From: Octopus vulgaris
Lineage: Eukaryota
Length of the DNA: 64,000 nt
Direction of reading: 5' to 3'
Assembly (NCBI GenBank): GCA_951406725.2
Contig: OX597832.1
Span: forward strand, 9,114,001-9,178,000
The first letter of the stretch is position 1. Every line of letters begins with the position of its first letter. Below, piece after piece: positions 1 through 12,644 of this stretch. The notes beneath the pieces were generated by a model that searched no databases, was not told the DNA's origin, and was given only the letters and a program-made list of their open reading frames with translations. Both the position numbers and the translations under genes were made by a program.

Positions 1-339
1 CAAATTTTCTACAGCGTTTACTTTGTAGAGCCATTATGACATCCAACAACCGGCCATAGATGACTTAACTGTGTAAATTCATTATCTCAGTATAAATGAA
101 CTAATTGTATAACATTATTTCTTAAAATGCTGTCAGGTTTGTGTCTTATACATCCTGTTCGTTGATATCTGTATAATTGCAAAACATATTGATTGTAATT
201 CACTTATTTTTTTCCATACCTCCTCTAATAGAATTTTTAATATTTTCTTCTTAAAATTGAGCATAGAATGTTTTCTAGTTGGAAATAATTATATTATGAA
301 ATCTACGTGCTGTCTGCAGTCGTGTTTATCATGTGTAGG

Positions 340-480
340 TTAATTTTATGATCCTCAATACAACGATGGTTGACTGTCAAACCAGAGCATTTGCATATGG
401 AAAGATAAAGGGATCCTGTCACTGACTATTCCTCTTCTAACGGTGATTTGATTAGTTTATATAATGCTGCCTTTTATCTG
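340..480 (-). mobile_element. Possible highly degenerate non-LTR retrotransposon RT relic
   Basis: Minus strand reads ITVRRGIV followed by a frameshifted GDPLS-like stretch, reminiscent of the RT motif RGIxQGDxLSP. No intact frame. Confidence 0.2.
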
Positions 481-2040
481 GAGTAGAAATGTTTTTTACG
501 ATCTGCTCATGACAGATATGGTGCAGCTACTTCTTATTCTTTGCTATTCATGTTTCTCAGATTACGGAATCAGGAACACTGTCATAAGGATTTCGATAGT
601 TAATTCATGACATGCTAAGAACGTTTTGGTTTTGTTGAGAGAAAATTTATGTTTTCATATATATGTATTAGATTTCTGAATAAAAGGTTATTTTCTTCCA
701 GTTGTTTATTCTCTGAGATACATTTGTGAGGATAATGTAGAATGCAAAAAAGTAGGTTAGAGTTAGGGTTCGCGTTTGGTTTATTGTTAGGGTAGTTATT
801 CCTGTCTAGGCTTTCTAAATACAAAAAAGAGATTCTGTGGATAACATTTAGGGATTATTGTTTTGCTAGTCTTGGTGTTTAAGATGGTTTTGCCGTTGGT
901 GAGCCACACGTGTTGTACATATTTCCTACAGTATCTTCTTGAATGTATTTGCCGCCACATAATTTCTCCCTCTTAAATAATTTTAACGAGATCAGAAGGA
1001 TATACTGTGATGCATTTCAATTATTCTATTTTTATTTTTTTATTCCGCTTGGCCAATTCTTGTTTTGTCATTTACTTCCTCGTTTGTTTACATGATGGGT
1101 TCTTAGTTTCTTTAAAGTTTTTCGTTCGTGTTCATTGCATCAATGCACTTTCCATTTCCCGGAATCATACGATTTGTTTCCGTTGGTTTATATGTGACAT
1201 ATATTTTCATCTGGTTTCTGATAAAATATCTTCAAGTTATCTTTTCTTTTAAAATCATTTTGTCAAATTCTTAACTGCAGACACATTGCGACTATGCAAA
1301 GAATTTGTTTCAGTGGTTCATTCATTCAAATATTATTTTTCTGCTTAACATTTCTCTAAAATTTGTTTAAGTCTTGTTTTACCTTTGATGTTTTTGATTT
1401 ATATCTGTAATGAGAATAATTGTCAATAGCATTCTGTCAACCAAAGATCAGCCACTACAACATGCGGTATATCACGTGAGATCTATCAAGTATAATCCTG
1501 ATCTACCATATGTGATCTCTCCATTGTGAAGGTCACCACGCTTTCAACAGTTTTCTCTCTGCATGATGTCTATGGCAAAAATATTTTGTGGATTACGCTC
1601 AAAACAGAGGACGAGCACTTCCGCTTTCGGCCAAGCTCGTATCGACTCCTTTAAATTCCACTTGGAAAGGAATATCACAGTAGAGAGTTAATTACTGTAC
1701 TTCTGGTAAATATGTTGAACAGCTGATTGGAGTGAGGATGACTTGAGTGAATTGAGCATACCTAGTCTGATACGTGTAGGACGGATAGAATATGTAGGAG
1801 AGGGCCTATCCTGCAATGGTGCTTTTTTAGATCTTGATGTTCAGGTATAGTGGTTTCTTAGTTACCCCTGGGTGTTAGTCCATTCTACTTTGGAAATTCA
1901 TTATGATTGTCCTGTTAATGATTATTATTTAATGTTTACATTTTCTAATGTATTTCCATTCTGTCTTTATATTGACATACAATCATTTTTGAGGCCGTTG
2001 TAGCTGTTAAAGTTTATTATCATTATGGTTGATTTTGGCA

Positions 2041-2200
2041 TGGCCGGTGAGCCACGAAAATCGTTAGTACGTCAAACAAAATGCTTAGCGGTATTTTTTA
2101 TTTCGTCCCTCCTTATGTTCTGAGTTTAACTTCCGCCGATGTCGACTTCATATTTAACCTATTGGGGGTTGATACAATAACTATGTGTTAGACACTAGGG
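2041..2200 (+). mobile_element. Degenerate tRNA-derived SINE (family A)
   Basis: Matches family A head and body (aaatgcttagcggtattt...ttctgagtt..ttccgccga.gtcgactt..ggggttgata). Confidence 0.6.
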
Positions 2201-4845
2201 TCACTAGAATTAGTGTTGTTGTTATTTTATATTATCATCTGCAATATTTTATACATTTGCTTTTCTTCCCAAAAGAACCGAAAACACTGTTTCTCATGAT
2301 TTTATTAAACCAGTTTATATATTTTGGATTTCCTTCACACGGGATTTTAAGATTTCAGAGAGTCTCTGTATAAATGATATTTCATTGACGCTAAAGAAGA
2401 AAACGATGATTTAATGCTGTCGTCACTGTTGCTAATCTTGTTATATATTTTTTACCGACTGCAGACTTGCCAACGTTTCCTTGAGCGTCGAACGTTTGAG
2501 CTTTGAAGATTAGTTGACAGGCTCTGTTCTTCCATTTCCCCTTTGATCCGCGTCAATGTTGACGTATCTTTTACATACATCCCCGTCAGATATTCTGCTT
2601 CTTTTCTATTGTGTTCTGTAACAAGATTGTCTTGTTTGTGTAGCTAGAATAAGTATTTATGCTCTAAGTTCATATTTTTTCAGGAAAAATTCTACGCTTA
2701 AAATATAGTTTTCTTTGTATTTTCAATTTGTATTGATGAGTCAGAATTTCAAACAAACTACTGCTTTATCTCTTATAGCGATTCTTTACGTTTCAATGTA
2801 TGACATCTTTTGATAATTTGTGCACTTACTGCCACAAACATTCATGCAGATGTACCCAAATATGTACGCACACGACCGAAGCTCATGTCTGTATACACTC
2901 ATAGAAGGTTATACGTATATGTGTATGTGCGTATATATGTATTGGCCCATGGACTGTGAAGATGCATTCGGAAATTTGCATGGTGATTAACTACTGGACA
3001 CAGCCTTGGACAGAAATATTACAGGTGCTGGCAATATGCTCAGGCATGAACAACAGTACCCCGAATACACATATCTGTCATTGATTTAAAATAATGATAC
3101 ATATGTATCATTATTACAGTAGAGTACTCCATTAGTGTAATGATCAGACGCTAATTGTAGAAACAACATCTAGGGATCAATGTCAATGGGATGAGTCTCC
3201 TTCAGTTTTAATGCCCGAGAATTTTTAACCAATTAACTTCAACAGCGATATATCTTTGCTTCTCTTGTTTTGTGAAATATATTACAATTTTTACATTTAT
3301 GGACGGAGTATAGTTTTATCCGTTGACCTGGGCGAGATCACCTATCATGTTTTTCATTAATCAATAGTCAGGCATGTTGCTGAAGTGATCATTGTGGGTT
3401 TTATGTAAATTATTCTCAATTCCTTACTATGGAATTAATTTTGTTGTCTGTATATGAAATGATTTTTCGCTATTTGCTTTTGAATTATATAGCTAAAATA
3501 GTTTATGCGATTGTCAGAGTTTTATTGGATATTCTTACGCTGAAGTATAGTAATATATTGCCTTCTTAGCTCGTATATATTGTTCATTTTTGTTACGTAT
3601 AAAAACAAATATAGAGGGGCCATATTCGTGCAACTTAAATTTGGCATTATGTTGCTTAGACGTTATTTAAATTGTGCTTTGTGTCACATATTTTGATGTA
3701 ATATTTGGTATGCGTCTTTTTTTATGATACTCACTTATTCACCCACAATATTGTTAAATTTATTAGTTTCAAGGAACTCTTTCTCTCCTTCTCACACACA
3801 AGACCACAGCTTGCTAAACATGGACGTTATAGATATTAGCGAGAGTAGGATTTTTCTAACACAGACACTTTCGAATATTCTCAGCAGTAATTATTTGTGT
3901 ACATGAAGCTGGCCGGTCAGGATCTCTCGATCTACAGAATATATTTTAGAGCCCATCTGACAAATAAAAAACATCATGAGTGACATCCAAAATAGCTTCG
4001 TGTCCCGAAACTCATTCATAATAGGGAAATGTATGATGTTTGTCGTTTGCACAAAGAATACTTAAAACTTGCAAACCGGCTTGGACAGTTTCAACTGTCT
4101 GAACAGATAATCGTTCCTGGATGCACCAGGGTGGATGTAAGGGAATTAGATTGAGCCTAGACCAGGTGGTATAACGATCAAGTAACTGTCAAGAAAGCAG
4201 AGTGCAAGGAAATATGGTTTCCACAATTTAAATTGGTCAGCTTCAAATACACAAATATGTGTTACATTGCAGTTTTACATAGAGTGCACAATCAGACCTT
4301 CTGTCACTAGAAACTAAACATATCGATAACGTTGCTAAAATACTACACTGACAAGATTAACATCTAAGTTAGGCAGCAATTGATGTGCTTGGGAATCATC
4401 AATAAAAGGTATTATGGTGGTAAGTACAGCAAAATCTTTAGCATTTAGTTAAGAAATAGAAACAACGTAAAGTAGATTTGATTTAAAAAAAGTTTCAGTC
4501 GTGACTCTAAGAGCTGTTGTTTCACACAACTATATTGATTCAAGAATTTAGGCCAAATGGCCCAAATACCTCACCTTTTATTCTCAAATATTCTGCTCAA
4601 AAAACACTATTCCCTCCCCTCACCCAGTTCTTCATCTTTCAGAGCATCGTCTTACTTATGATATTTTCTTACCCACATGTATTTCCACAGATAAGTACAA
4701 CAAAATTTTAAAACAGAAAATTATCAGCACAGATATCATCAACGTCAGCGGGCTTGACCTTCATCCAAACAAAGAACATGCCTACATGCACCCATACATA
4801 CATAAATACATACATACATACATACATACATAAACACATGTTTAC

Positions 4846-4916
<71 letters not shown>

Positions 4917-4919
<3 letters not shown>

Positions 4920-5130
4920 TCGCCATGTTGATTCGTTAGTTACTGCACGCATTTTTTTCTCTCCTTCTTTCTGTGTTTTTTTTCCCTCTGTGTATCTTTC
5001 TGTTGAAGAGCGTAGGCTCGAAACGTTAAAGACTTGTTTTATTTATATTTCCTGAGCGCCATCCTAATACAATTGTTTGTTTGTTTTCCACCTGCCTTCG
5101 TCTTTTGTCTATTTTCATAAAGCTTCCCGT

Positions 5131-5132
<2 letters not shown>
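4917..5132 (+). mobile_element. Penelope-like pLTR cassette with minimal hammerhead motif, flanked by (TA)n on both sides
   Basis: TCTTT-CTGTTGA-A-GAGC-GTAG-GCTC-GAAA-CG-TT-AAAGA at 4995-5032; the downstream part is similar to the cassettes at 18160, 26860 and 41180. Confidence 0.65.
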
Positions 5133-5180
<48 letters not shown>

Positions 5181-5227
5181 TGTATACACCCACACCCACA
5201 CACACACATACATATATATACATATAT

Positions 5228-5378
5228 ATATTATATATTTACACATACACATACACACACTATGCCAACGCTATAAGTTTGCATAATCTTTGTTTCAGAA
5301 AATATTATATATTTACACATACACATACACACACTATGCCAACGCTATAAGTTTGCATAAACTTTGTTTCAGAAAATA
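5228..5378. repeat. ~74-bp tandem duplication at the edge of a maT-like relic
   Basis: Two near-identical copies of atatttacacatacacatacacacactatgccaacgctataagtttgcataa.ctttgtttcagaaaata. Confidence 0.85.
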
Positions 5379-5379
5379 A

Positions 5380-5670
5380 CAATGGCAGATGTTTAGCTTA
5401 TTCAAGAAACAATGAGGCACCTGTCATCGTCGCTATAAAGGCTAAGCATAGTGATTTACAAATATTTCGATTTTTGAAATCGCCAGGTCTTTCAACTACA
5501 AAGTTCGTAAGTTGGCATACAAAATTTCCTGGAATAGTCATGGTTTTAGGGTTTGTCATTAACGAGGGACATGTGATGCCTCGTTATTTCTTTCCGCAAA
5601 GCCTTAGAGTTAACACTGACACTTATATTGAGGACCTGGAAACAGTTTTTAATCCATGGGTAGACACAGA
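5380..5670 (+). mobile_element. Tc1/mariner (maT/DD37D-like) transposase fragment
   Basis: ORF 5474-5746 VMVLGFVINEGHVMPRYFFPQSLRVNTDTYIEDLETVFNPWV resembles maT-type transposases and the element at 18450-19720. Confidence 0.7.
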
Positions 5671-7482
5671 CTTATGTTTCTCTGTTAAGCAACTATATGT
5701 TATATTTCAGTATAGTAAATATATACTTAAAATATCCGCATTCTGACAATATGGAGATATATTTTCTTACACTATACAAATGCATATAACGTTTCAACTT
5801 GTTTTTATGGATTAAACAACGAAAAATCCCTGACTTCGAAATGTATGATGAATCTTGTGAATACTGCCCTCCTTACATTCACCAATTACCAACAAATATA
5901 AATACACAATCAAATATACACATACTTACATATACACATACTCACAATTATTTTTGCGCACTGAACGTTCTTAGTTTATTTTTATTGAACACGCACCAAT
6001 ATTTCCACAGCATACATGGAAGAATTCTTTACATTTCGAAGACCTTTGACATTTGATAAGGTGTTTATTTTGGGTTATTATATTAGAAACTATGTGTTAT
6101 CTTTGATGACAGGGAGACGCTGAATTGTACATATACACATACAGACACACTCACGCACAATTATGTATATACATGTACACACACACACACGTGTGCATAC
6201 ACATGCACATACGAACACACACACAGCAGAGTGCATAAATATATAGATGCGTCTGAAAGTGTGAAACTGTATACATACATAATGTATATAATGCTAATAT
6301 GAGAAGGCTTCCAATATACTATTCCTAAGATGTTACTATAAAGAATCTATGCAACTTCCGACAACTACAGTCTTTCATAAATATATATCTTTGGATCGAT
6401 GCCATATTTTATGGTGCAAATCTGAATCACACATTGACAAGTGGCTTTTTATTATCTGTTATTTATTGCTTTTCATTACAGCCTTGTTTTCTTATCGGAT
6501 TCATTCATTCTTGGATTTGATGGGTCATTCTGACAGATTTTGTCCGTTCCTTACAAAATTCTTCAAAACGAATGTTGTTAATACACTTGAATATATTTAT
6601 TTCTCCATGCGTATATTTCTATCGGGAATAAAATATCAGCTTTTGTTTTTCTCCGAATCTCTGACGCTTATATCTGTGAAAGGTATCATTGTATGAATAT
6701 CCTATTGTTTATTCTTCTTCGTACTACAGGAGACAGAAGGATATTTTTCGGTGTTTTTTTTTTAAAGCTGGTATTGTTATTTGGATTACAATATTGTTGC
6801 GAAAATGTCATATTTGAAAGCATCCAAAAAACACAAGCAACACAACATCAACTATTCTCTTCCTAGTTCTCTTGACAAACACACAAGCACACACACACAC
6901 ACACCACACACACACGCACACACACACACACACATACACCCACACACTCACTCACTCAAATACACAGACAAGCACTAACATATAGATATTGAGAAACCCA
7001 CTGTATTTGAGGTTATTTTTATGGAAATTTTTATCTCATATCCACACTCTCACGTTTTGTTCTGAAAATTAATTGTACTTAATCCACTAACAATTATTTA
7101 TCAACACCCAAAGCACATTTTTTTCATTGTTTGAGGATAAATAATGAGTATATTTTTTATCAAAAGTCTTGTTTATTTAATGTTAACATAAAGCTCTAGC
7201 TTCGCACGGAAGCCTCTGGTAAACTGTAAATTGTTAATGGGTTTTGTGGAAGCTACAAATATTAAAATATATATTCCTGTATACATATATGTACATATAT
7301 ATGAACATAAGAAAATTTAGACGTTCGGATTTTCGTCTTAATTAGAAAGAAATTTTCTCTATGTTACTTTTATGCATACATGTGCGCGTATATGTGTAAT
7401 GTATGTGCGCAGATGTGTGGAATATGTGTGCGCGCGCATGTTTGTACCTGTGTGTGTGCGTGCGTGTACTCACTTTCTCTTT

Positions 7483-7697
7483 ACTCTCTTTTACTTGTTT
7501 CAGTCATTTGACTGCGGCCATGCTGGAGCACCGTCTTTACACGAGCAAATAGAACCCGGGACTTATTCTCTGTAAGCCCAGTACTTATTCTATCGGTCTC
7601 TTTTGCCAAACCACTAAGTAACGAGGACATAAACACACCAGCATCGGTTGTCAAGCGATGTTGGGGGGACAAAAACAGACACACAAACACACACACG

Positions 7698-7734
<37 letters not shown>

Positions 7735-7897
7735 GACGGGCTTCTTTCAGTTTTCCGTCTACCAAATCCACTCACAAGGCTTTGGTCGGCCCGAGGCTAC
7801 AGTAGAAGGCACTTGCCCAAGGTGCCACGCAGTGGGACTGAACCCGGAACCATGTGGTTGGTAAACAAGCTACTTACCACACACCCACTCCTGCGCC
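7483..7897 (-). mobile_element. tRNA-derived SINE (family B) with internal (TA)n
   Basis: Minus strand: GGCGCAGGAGTGG..GTGGTAAG (A box), GGTTCAGTCCC (B box), CACCTTGGGCAAGTG, body, (TA)n, tail ACTGAAACAAGTAAAAGAG. Paralogues at 26570 and 41040. Confidence 0.85.
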
Positions 7898-8127
7898 ATT
7901 GTGCGTGCGTGTGTGTGTGCGTAAACTTTTATGGATATTATGCACGCATACACTCACAGGCACCTCTCAGTCAAACGCATATCAGAGTGGATATGAAGAC
8001 GCATGTGTACGTATGGAAGATATACGCTTTCAGGTAGCAAACTACAATATCCTATTCAGAGTAAAATAGATGAGCTGCATCTAAGAGATGAGAGCCGATG
8101 ATGAGAAGGAGCAAGGAAAAAAGTCAA

Positions 8128-8168
<41 letters not shown>

Positions 8169-8299
8169 AAATTACATCTAATATAGGATAAATTTTTTCG
8201 AAAACAATTCTATCAATGGGTAGCATTTTAAAAAATACTTTTAAAAGTTAAATTTATAAACAACTTATAAACAGGTGCAAAAGCAAAAAATAGGGCAAA

Positions 8300-8490
8300 A
8301 CAATTTTTTTTTGCCCTTGTTTATAAGTTGTATATATTTATATATATATGAAAAAATAAGTCAAGATAGAAAATGCTAAAATAATTTTATAAAGAACATT
8401 TCAGTACCGGTTTCAGTCATTTTGAGACCTTTTCAACTGTAACGATTAAATAATTAAATTTAGAAAAATTGAAAGAACAGTTTTTTTAAA
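8300..8490 (-). mobile_element. 3' pLTR of the Penelope-like element with variant minimal hammerhead
   Basis: Minus 8439-8402: CAG-TTGAAAA-GGTC-TCAAAAT-GACT-GAAA-CCGG-TA-CTG; lies downstream of the GIY-YIG region; homologous to 11790-11940 and 12050-12185. Confidence 0.6.
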
Positions 8491-8814
8491 AGAATATTTG
8501 TATAGTGTTCAAATATAAATGGCATTTTCCTTGTTTCTGCCTTTCTCTGTCTATCTTGTTTACAGTTGTGGGTTCGGGGTCGTTGTGAATTCTTGATAGG
8601 GAAGAGGAAGAAGAAGAAGGATGATGAGGAGAAGGGGGGGGGGTTGGGAGTGCCCTGATTGTCGTATTTTGAATGGTCAGTGGCGGGTAGCAGTTGGTGT
8701 TCAATTCATGAGAATATTTCTATTGAAAGGTTTGTTTATAGAATTTGCGTAGGTGTTATATTAAAAAGCATTAGTGATAAGGTTAAGAAGTAGAAATGGG
8801 AGCAGAAGAAAAAA

Positions 8815-8837
8815 TAGAAGAAGAAGAAGAAGAAGAA

Positions 8838-8878
<41 letters not shown>

Positions 8879-8919
8879 CGATGTTGCTGATGATGAAGAA
8901 GAAGAAGAAGACGAAGAAG

Positions 8920-8950
<31 letters not shown>

Positions 8951-8954
8951 CGAC

Positions 8955-8987
<33 letters not shown>

Positions 8988-9010
8988 GAAGATGAAGAAG
9001 AAGAAGAAAG
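8815..9010. repeat. Compound (GAA)n/(GAT)n microsatellite
   Basis: Directly visible; produces the poly-D/E, poly-M and poly-H pseudo-ORFs. Confidence 0.95.
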
Positions 9011-9129
9011 AGAAGGGAGATTATGAATGAGTGGAAGTTTTGAGGTGTTGTATGACTTAAAATTGGCACGTTATGGGTTATAGCTGTGATTGCGGCTGAT
9101 TTGTAATGGATTCTTAGGAATGTAATATT

Positions 9130-10351
9130 TGCGTGTGTATTTGTGTTTTTCTAAAGCCGAGGTGTATATATCGTTTGTCGTAGAGTCGTTCGGAAGGGGC
9201 CTGCTTTTGTAATAAAGATAGTTTCTTTACTTACTCGTTGGCTCGAGGTTGTATCGTCCCTGAATTGGTAGAGGGGGAAATCCTGAAGCCTGGTGTTTTG
9301 TTGTTGGTGCAAGTATCTATGCGTTGGCTGAATGCTATTTTCCTGTTTAGGGGAATTTTTATCTGGGATCTGTGCAGGACCATTCTTTTTCGCAAACTAT
9401 TTTTTGTTTGGCCTATGTATTGCTCTTGACACCCAGAGGAGGCTAGTGTGTGTATCAGGTTCTGCGAAGCACATTTGAAGTTTCTTTTCACACCGTTGTC
9501 CCTGTTTGAAGGTGAACTCTGATCTCTCAATTAGATAATTGCATATCCCGCAATTGGGTCTTCCACAATTTTTTACTGTCGGCTTCTGTGTTGAAGAGCG
9601 TATTCGGGCTTGTGTTAGGAGACTTTTCATAGATTTAGACTGTCTCTTGCTGTTTTATGATCGTTTGTGTTTGGATAATTGTGTTCATTCTGTGGTCTTT
9701 ATTTAGCAGGGGTATGTTTTGGAGGATGGTGTCGAAGGCTTCATTGTTGAGAGGGTTGTGTGTGGAGATGTAGGGTAAGGCTTTTCGTCGTAAATATTTC
9801 TTTGATTTGGGATGTCTGAGTTCCTGGATGTTGAGTTGAAAGGCACGTTGAATGCATATGTCAATAAGTGAAGGTGGGTAGTTCCTGGTGATGAGGGTAT
9901 CTTTTAGTTCTTGTAGTCGTGTGTCTCTGGTGTTTGCATTAGAAACTATATTACAACCCTTTTTGCTAGATTGAAGGGGATATTCATTGTAGTGTGTCTG
10001 GGGTGGCATGAATTGAATGGAAGATATTGCTTAGAATCTGTAGGCTTATAGTATATATCTGTTTCTATTACATTATTAGATTTCTTAATGAGGATATCGA
10101 GGAAGGGGAGTTGATGCTGGTTATATTCCATCGTGAATTGGATGTTTACGTCCAGTCCATTTAATATTGCTTCGAATTCTTTGAGTTTCTCTATATTTTC
10201 ATGCCAAAGAATGAAATAGTCATCTAGATACCTCTTCAAGTTGGGTTCTATGTAGAGGGAGAAAGTGCTGCCATATCTTTCTAGAACCTTACGATACAGA
10301 CTGATTTCTAGATATCCCATGACTAGGTTGGCAATAGAGGGGGCCATTCGC
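9130..10351 (-). mobile_element. Penelope-like retroelement (Neptune-type): frameshifted RT + GIY-YIG endonuclease, 5'-truncated
   Basis: ORF pieces give RMAPSIANLVMG, KRYLDD, LPFLDI, IYYKPT (PLE RT), RNYPP, linker CGRPNCGIC (CxxxxCxxC typical of Neptune), and QYIGQTKNSLRKRM (GIY-YIG). Several frameshifts; ends at the (TA)n tract at ~10353. Confidence 0.92.
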
Positions 10352-10404
<53 letters not shown>

Positions 10405-10522
10405 TACTTGGAGAAGAGAAATAGAGAAATAACGCGTGCGTTCGGTCATATAATAATATAAATAAATATATGCATATATACATACATATATGTACATACT
10501 TACATATACATGTATATATACA

Positions 10523-10581
<59 letters not shown>

Positions 10582-10586
<5 letters not shown>

Positions 10587-11157
10587 TACAGGACACCACA
10601 AATAAACGTAGAACACAACGAGCAACGAAACATAAAATCAAACAAGGAAACGGACTTTTTTTTTTAAACAACGAAAAAACAGAGTACAGGACAAACAATA
10701 CAAGGAAAATTCCACTTCATCAGCTGCCCCTGATGCGTGTTTCGAAGGTAAGGGCAGAACACGGCCAGGCCGAAGCAGTCCTTCCTGCAAAAGGAATTAA
10801 GTAAAATTCTTTTGCAGAGTGGTAAAACAAGTGAAAAGAACAGGACGTAAATGCAATACAAATGAAGAAAAAACAGCAGAAAAAACAGTACAAATAAAGA
10901 AACAGGACAGGGAACCAACAATAATGGCTTTTTTTGCCTAGACGGTGGAAAAATTACTTACATCTACATGTATATATATACATGCATATATATATATGAG
11001 TACAGGGCACCACAAATAAACGTAGACCACAACGAGAAACGAAACATAAAATCAAACAAGGAAACGGACATATTTTTAACAACGAAAAAACAAGGAAACG
11101 GACTTTTTTTAAAACAACGAAAAAACAGAGTACAGGACAAACAATACAAGGAAAAAC
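10582..11157 (-). repeat. Partial direct duplication of a probable PLE-associated repeat between (TA)n tracts
   Basis: gagtacagg.caccacaaataaacgtaga.cacaacgag...acaggacaaacaatacaaggaaaa occurs at ~10584-10710 and ~10998-11156. Confidence 0.7.
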
Positions 11158-11158
11158 C

Positions 11159-11203
<45 letters not shown>

Positions 11204-11789
11204 TATATTACATGTATTTGTTTGTACTTGTATATAGGCATGTACCAACGTTTGTACGTTTATTGTATATATGTATATATAGGGATTTTGCTATATGTAT
11301 GTATAAGTAAATCTATACGTTCTTATGATGCGGGTTGTAAGCGAATGGTTTAAACGGATATAAAATGTAAATTTATTAATTCAATTAATTATGTACGCTG
11401 GGCATACATATTTTTCGATTATAGATAATATGATTTTAAAACGTAACTATAGTTTTAACTTCAAACAATCGGGTATCGAAAATACCGTTAGTTGAACGGA
11501 CCAATGAAACAAAACCAATTTCAATTGTTGTAGCTATCAATATAATTGTACATTTATACATATAACTCTATCGTTTGTTTCACTCTCAAACAAAACTGTC
11601 CGTCGAACGAGATCGTGAGATTCTGGGTAAGAGTTTTTGTGATATCTTTGCTATGGAGTGGTGAAACCATTGTTTTTGGAATTTTATGAAAACGCAAAGA
11701 TTTGGATTTCCGACACTTTTGCATAACGGCAGCCATATACGTGTGTGTGTATAGAAGTTTGAAAAGTAATACACGAATTGATACGTATA

Positions 11790-11940
11790 AAGATAATAAG
11801 ATAAGATAGAAAATGGTAAATTAGAGTTATCATGAAGAACACTTCAGTACCTGCTTCAGCATTTTCGCCTTTGCCAACTGACAATAAAGTAAGAATAACA
11901 ATTAAATTGTGGAAAAATTTAATGAAATGCTACTTTGGAA
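11790..11940 (-). mobile_element. Solo pLTR fragment (same family as 8300-8490)
   Basis: aagatagaaaatg.taaa...gaacac/ttttcagtacc shared with 8360-8410; degenerate hammerhead at 11845-11880. Confidence 0.55.
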
Positions 11941-12049
11941 ATGTTTCTATGCTCTTGAAGTAGGCAGGACATTTTCCTAATTTTTCTGTCTGATTGTCTA
12001 TTTTCTTTTTATGAAGGCTCCGTATGTAGTAGCATATGTGATAAAACAC

Positions 12050-12185
12050 TTAATATATTTGTTAAATTGCTTTTCTTAATTAATTCTTCGTCGAAAAATT
12101 CGAAAAGATAATGTCGGTACTGAAATGCTACACTCCATAACATTATTTTAGCATTTTCTATATTGTCTCATTTTGTTCATATACA
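12050..12185 (+). mobile_element. Solo pLTR fragment, inverted relative to 11790-11940
   Basis: cggtactgaaatg...attattttagcattttctat is the reverse complement of 8365-8410. Confidence 0.55.
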
Positions 12186-12202
12186 TGTATATATGTATAT
12201 AA

Positions 12203-12290
<88 letters not shown>

Positions 12291-12491
12291 TTATATAAGT
12301 AGTTGAATGAATTATCCTAGTATGGATAATTCGGTTAACTGATACCCGGGTAGCAAATTCACGTCAGAAAAACGGTTGGAGCTACATGCCAAGGGCAGAG
12401 ATCACGTGCTTTCGTGTGAAAATTTGTGTGTTTTTTTAATACAAATAAATGAAAGAATGGAGTTGAACGACGATTTAACAAAATTCTTTTA

Positions 12492-12567
12492 TTCTCGACA
12501 TATGTTTCGAAGACTGCATATTCCTAATTTCGAAGGGGTGCATTATGCCGCCTTCTCATCAGGAAAG
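12492..12567 (-). ncRNA. Type I hammerhead ribozyme motif with intact catalytic core
   Basis: Minus strand: CUUUC-CUGAUGA-GAAGGCGGCAUA-(23 nt)-UAUGCAGUCUUC-GAAA-CAUAUG-UC-GAGAA. Helix II pairs 11 of 12 positions, helix III is the palindrome ACAUAUGU, the cleavage triplet is GUC, and AAUAAA follows. Confidence 0.75.
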
Positions 12568-12644
12568 ACAAGGAACTTATGTCAGCATCATGATGAACCA
12601 AAACTGTTAGATGACTGCCCACACGGAGTCCATAGCGATAATTA

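Noticed and set aside
7830-7897. tRNA-like sequences here and in other SINE heads
   Set aside because: They have A/B boxes but no complete cloverleaf, and each is followed by a SINE body.
8796-9026. Acidic 76-aa ORF resembling prothymosin or a nucleolin acidic tract
   Set aside because: Pure (GAA)/(GAT) microsatellite within the PLE 3' region.
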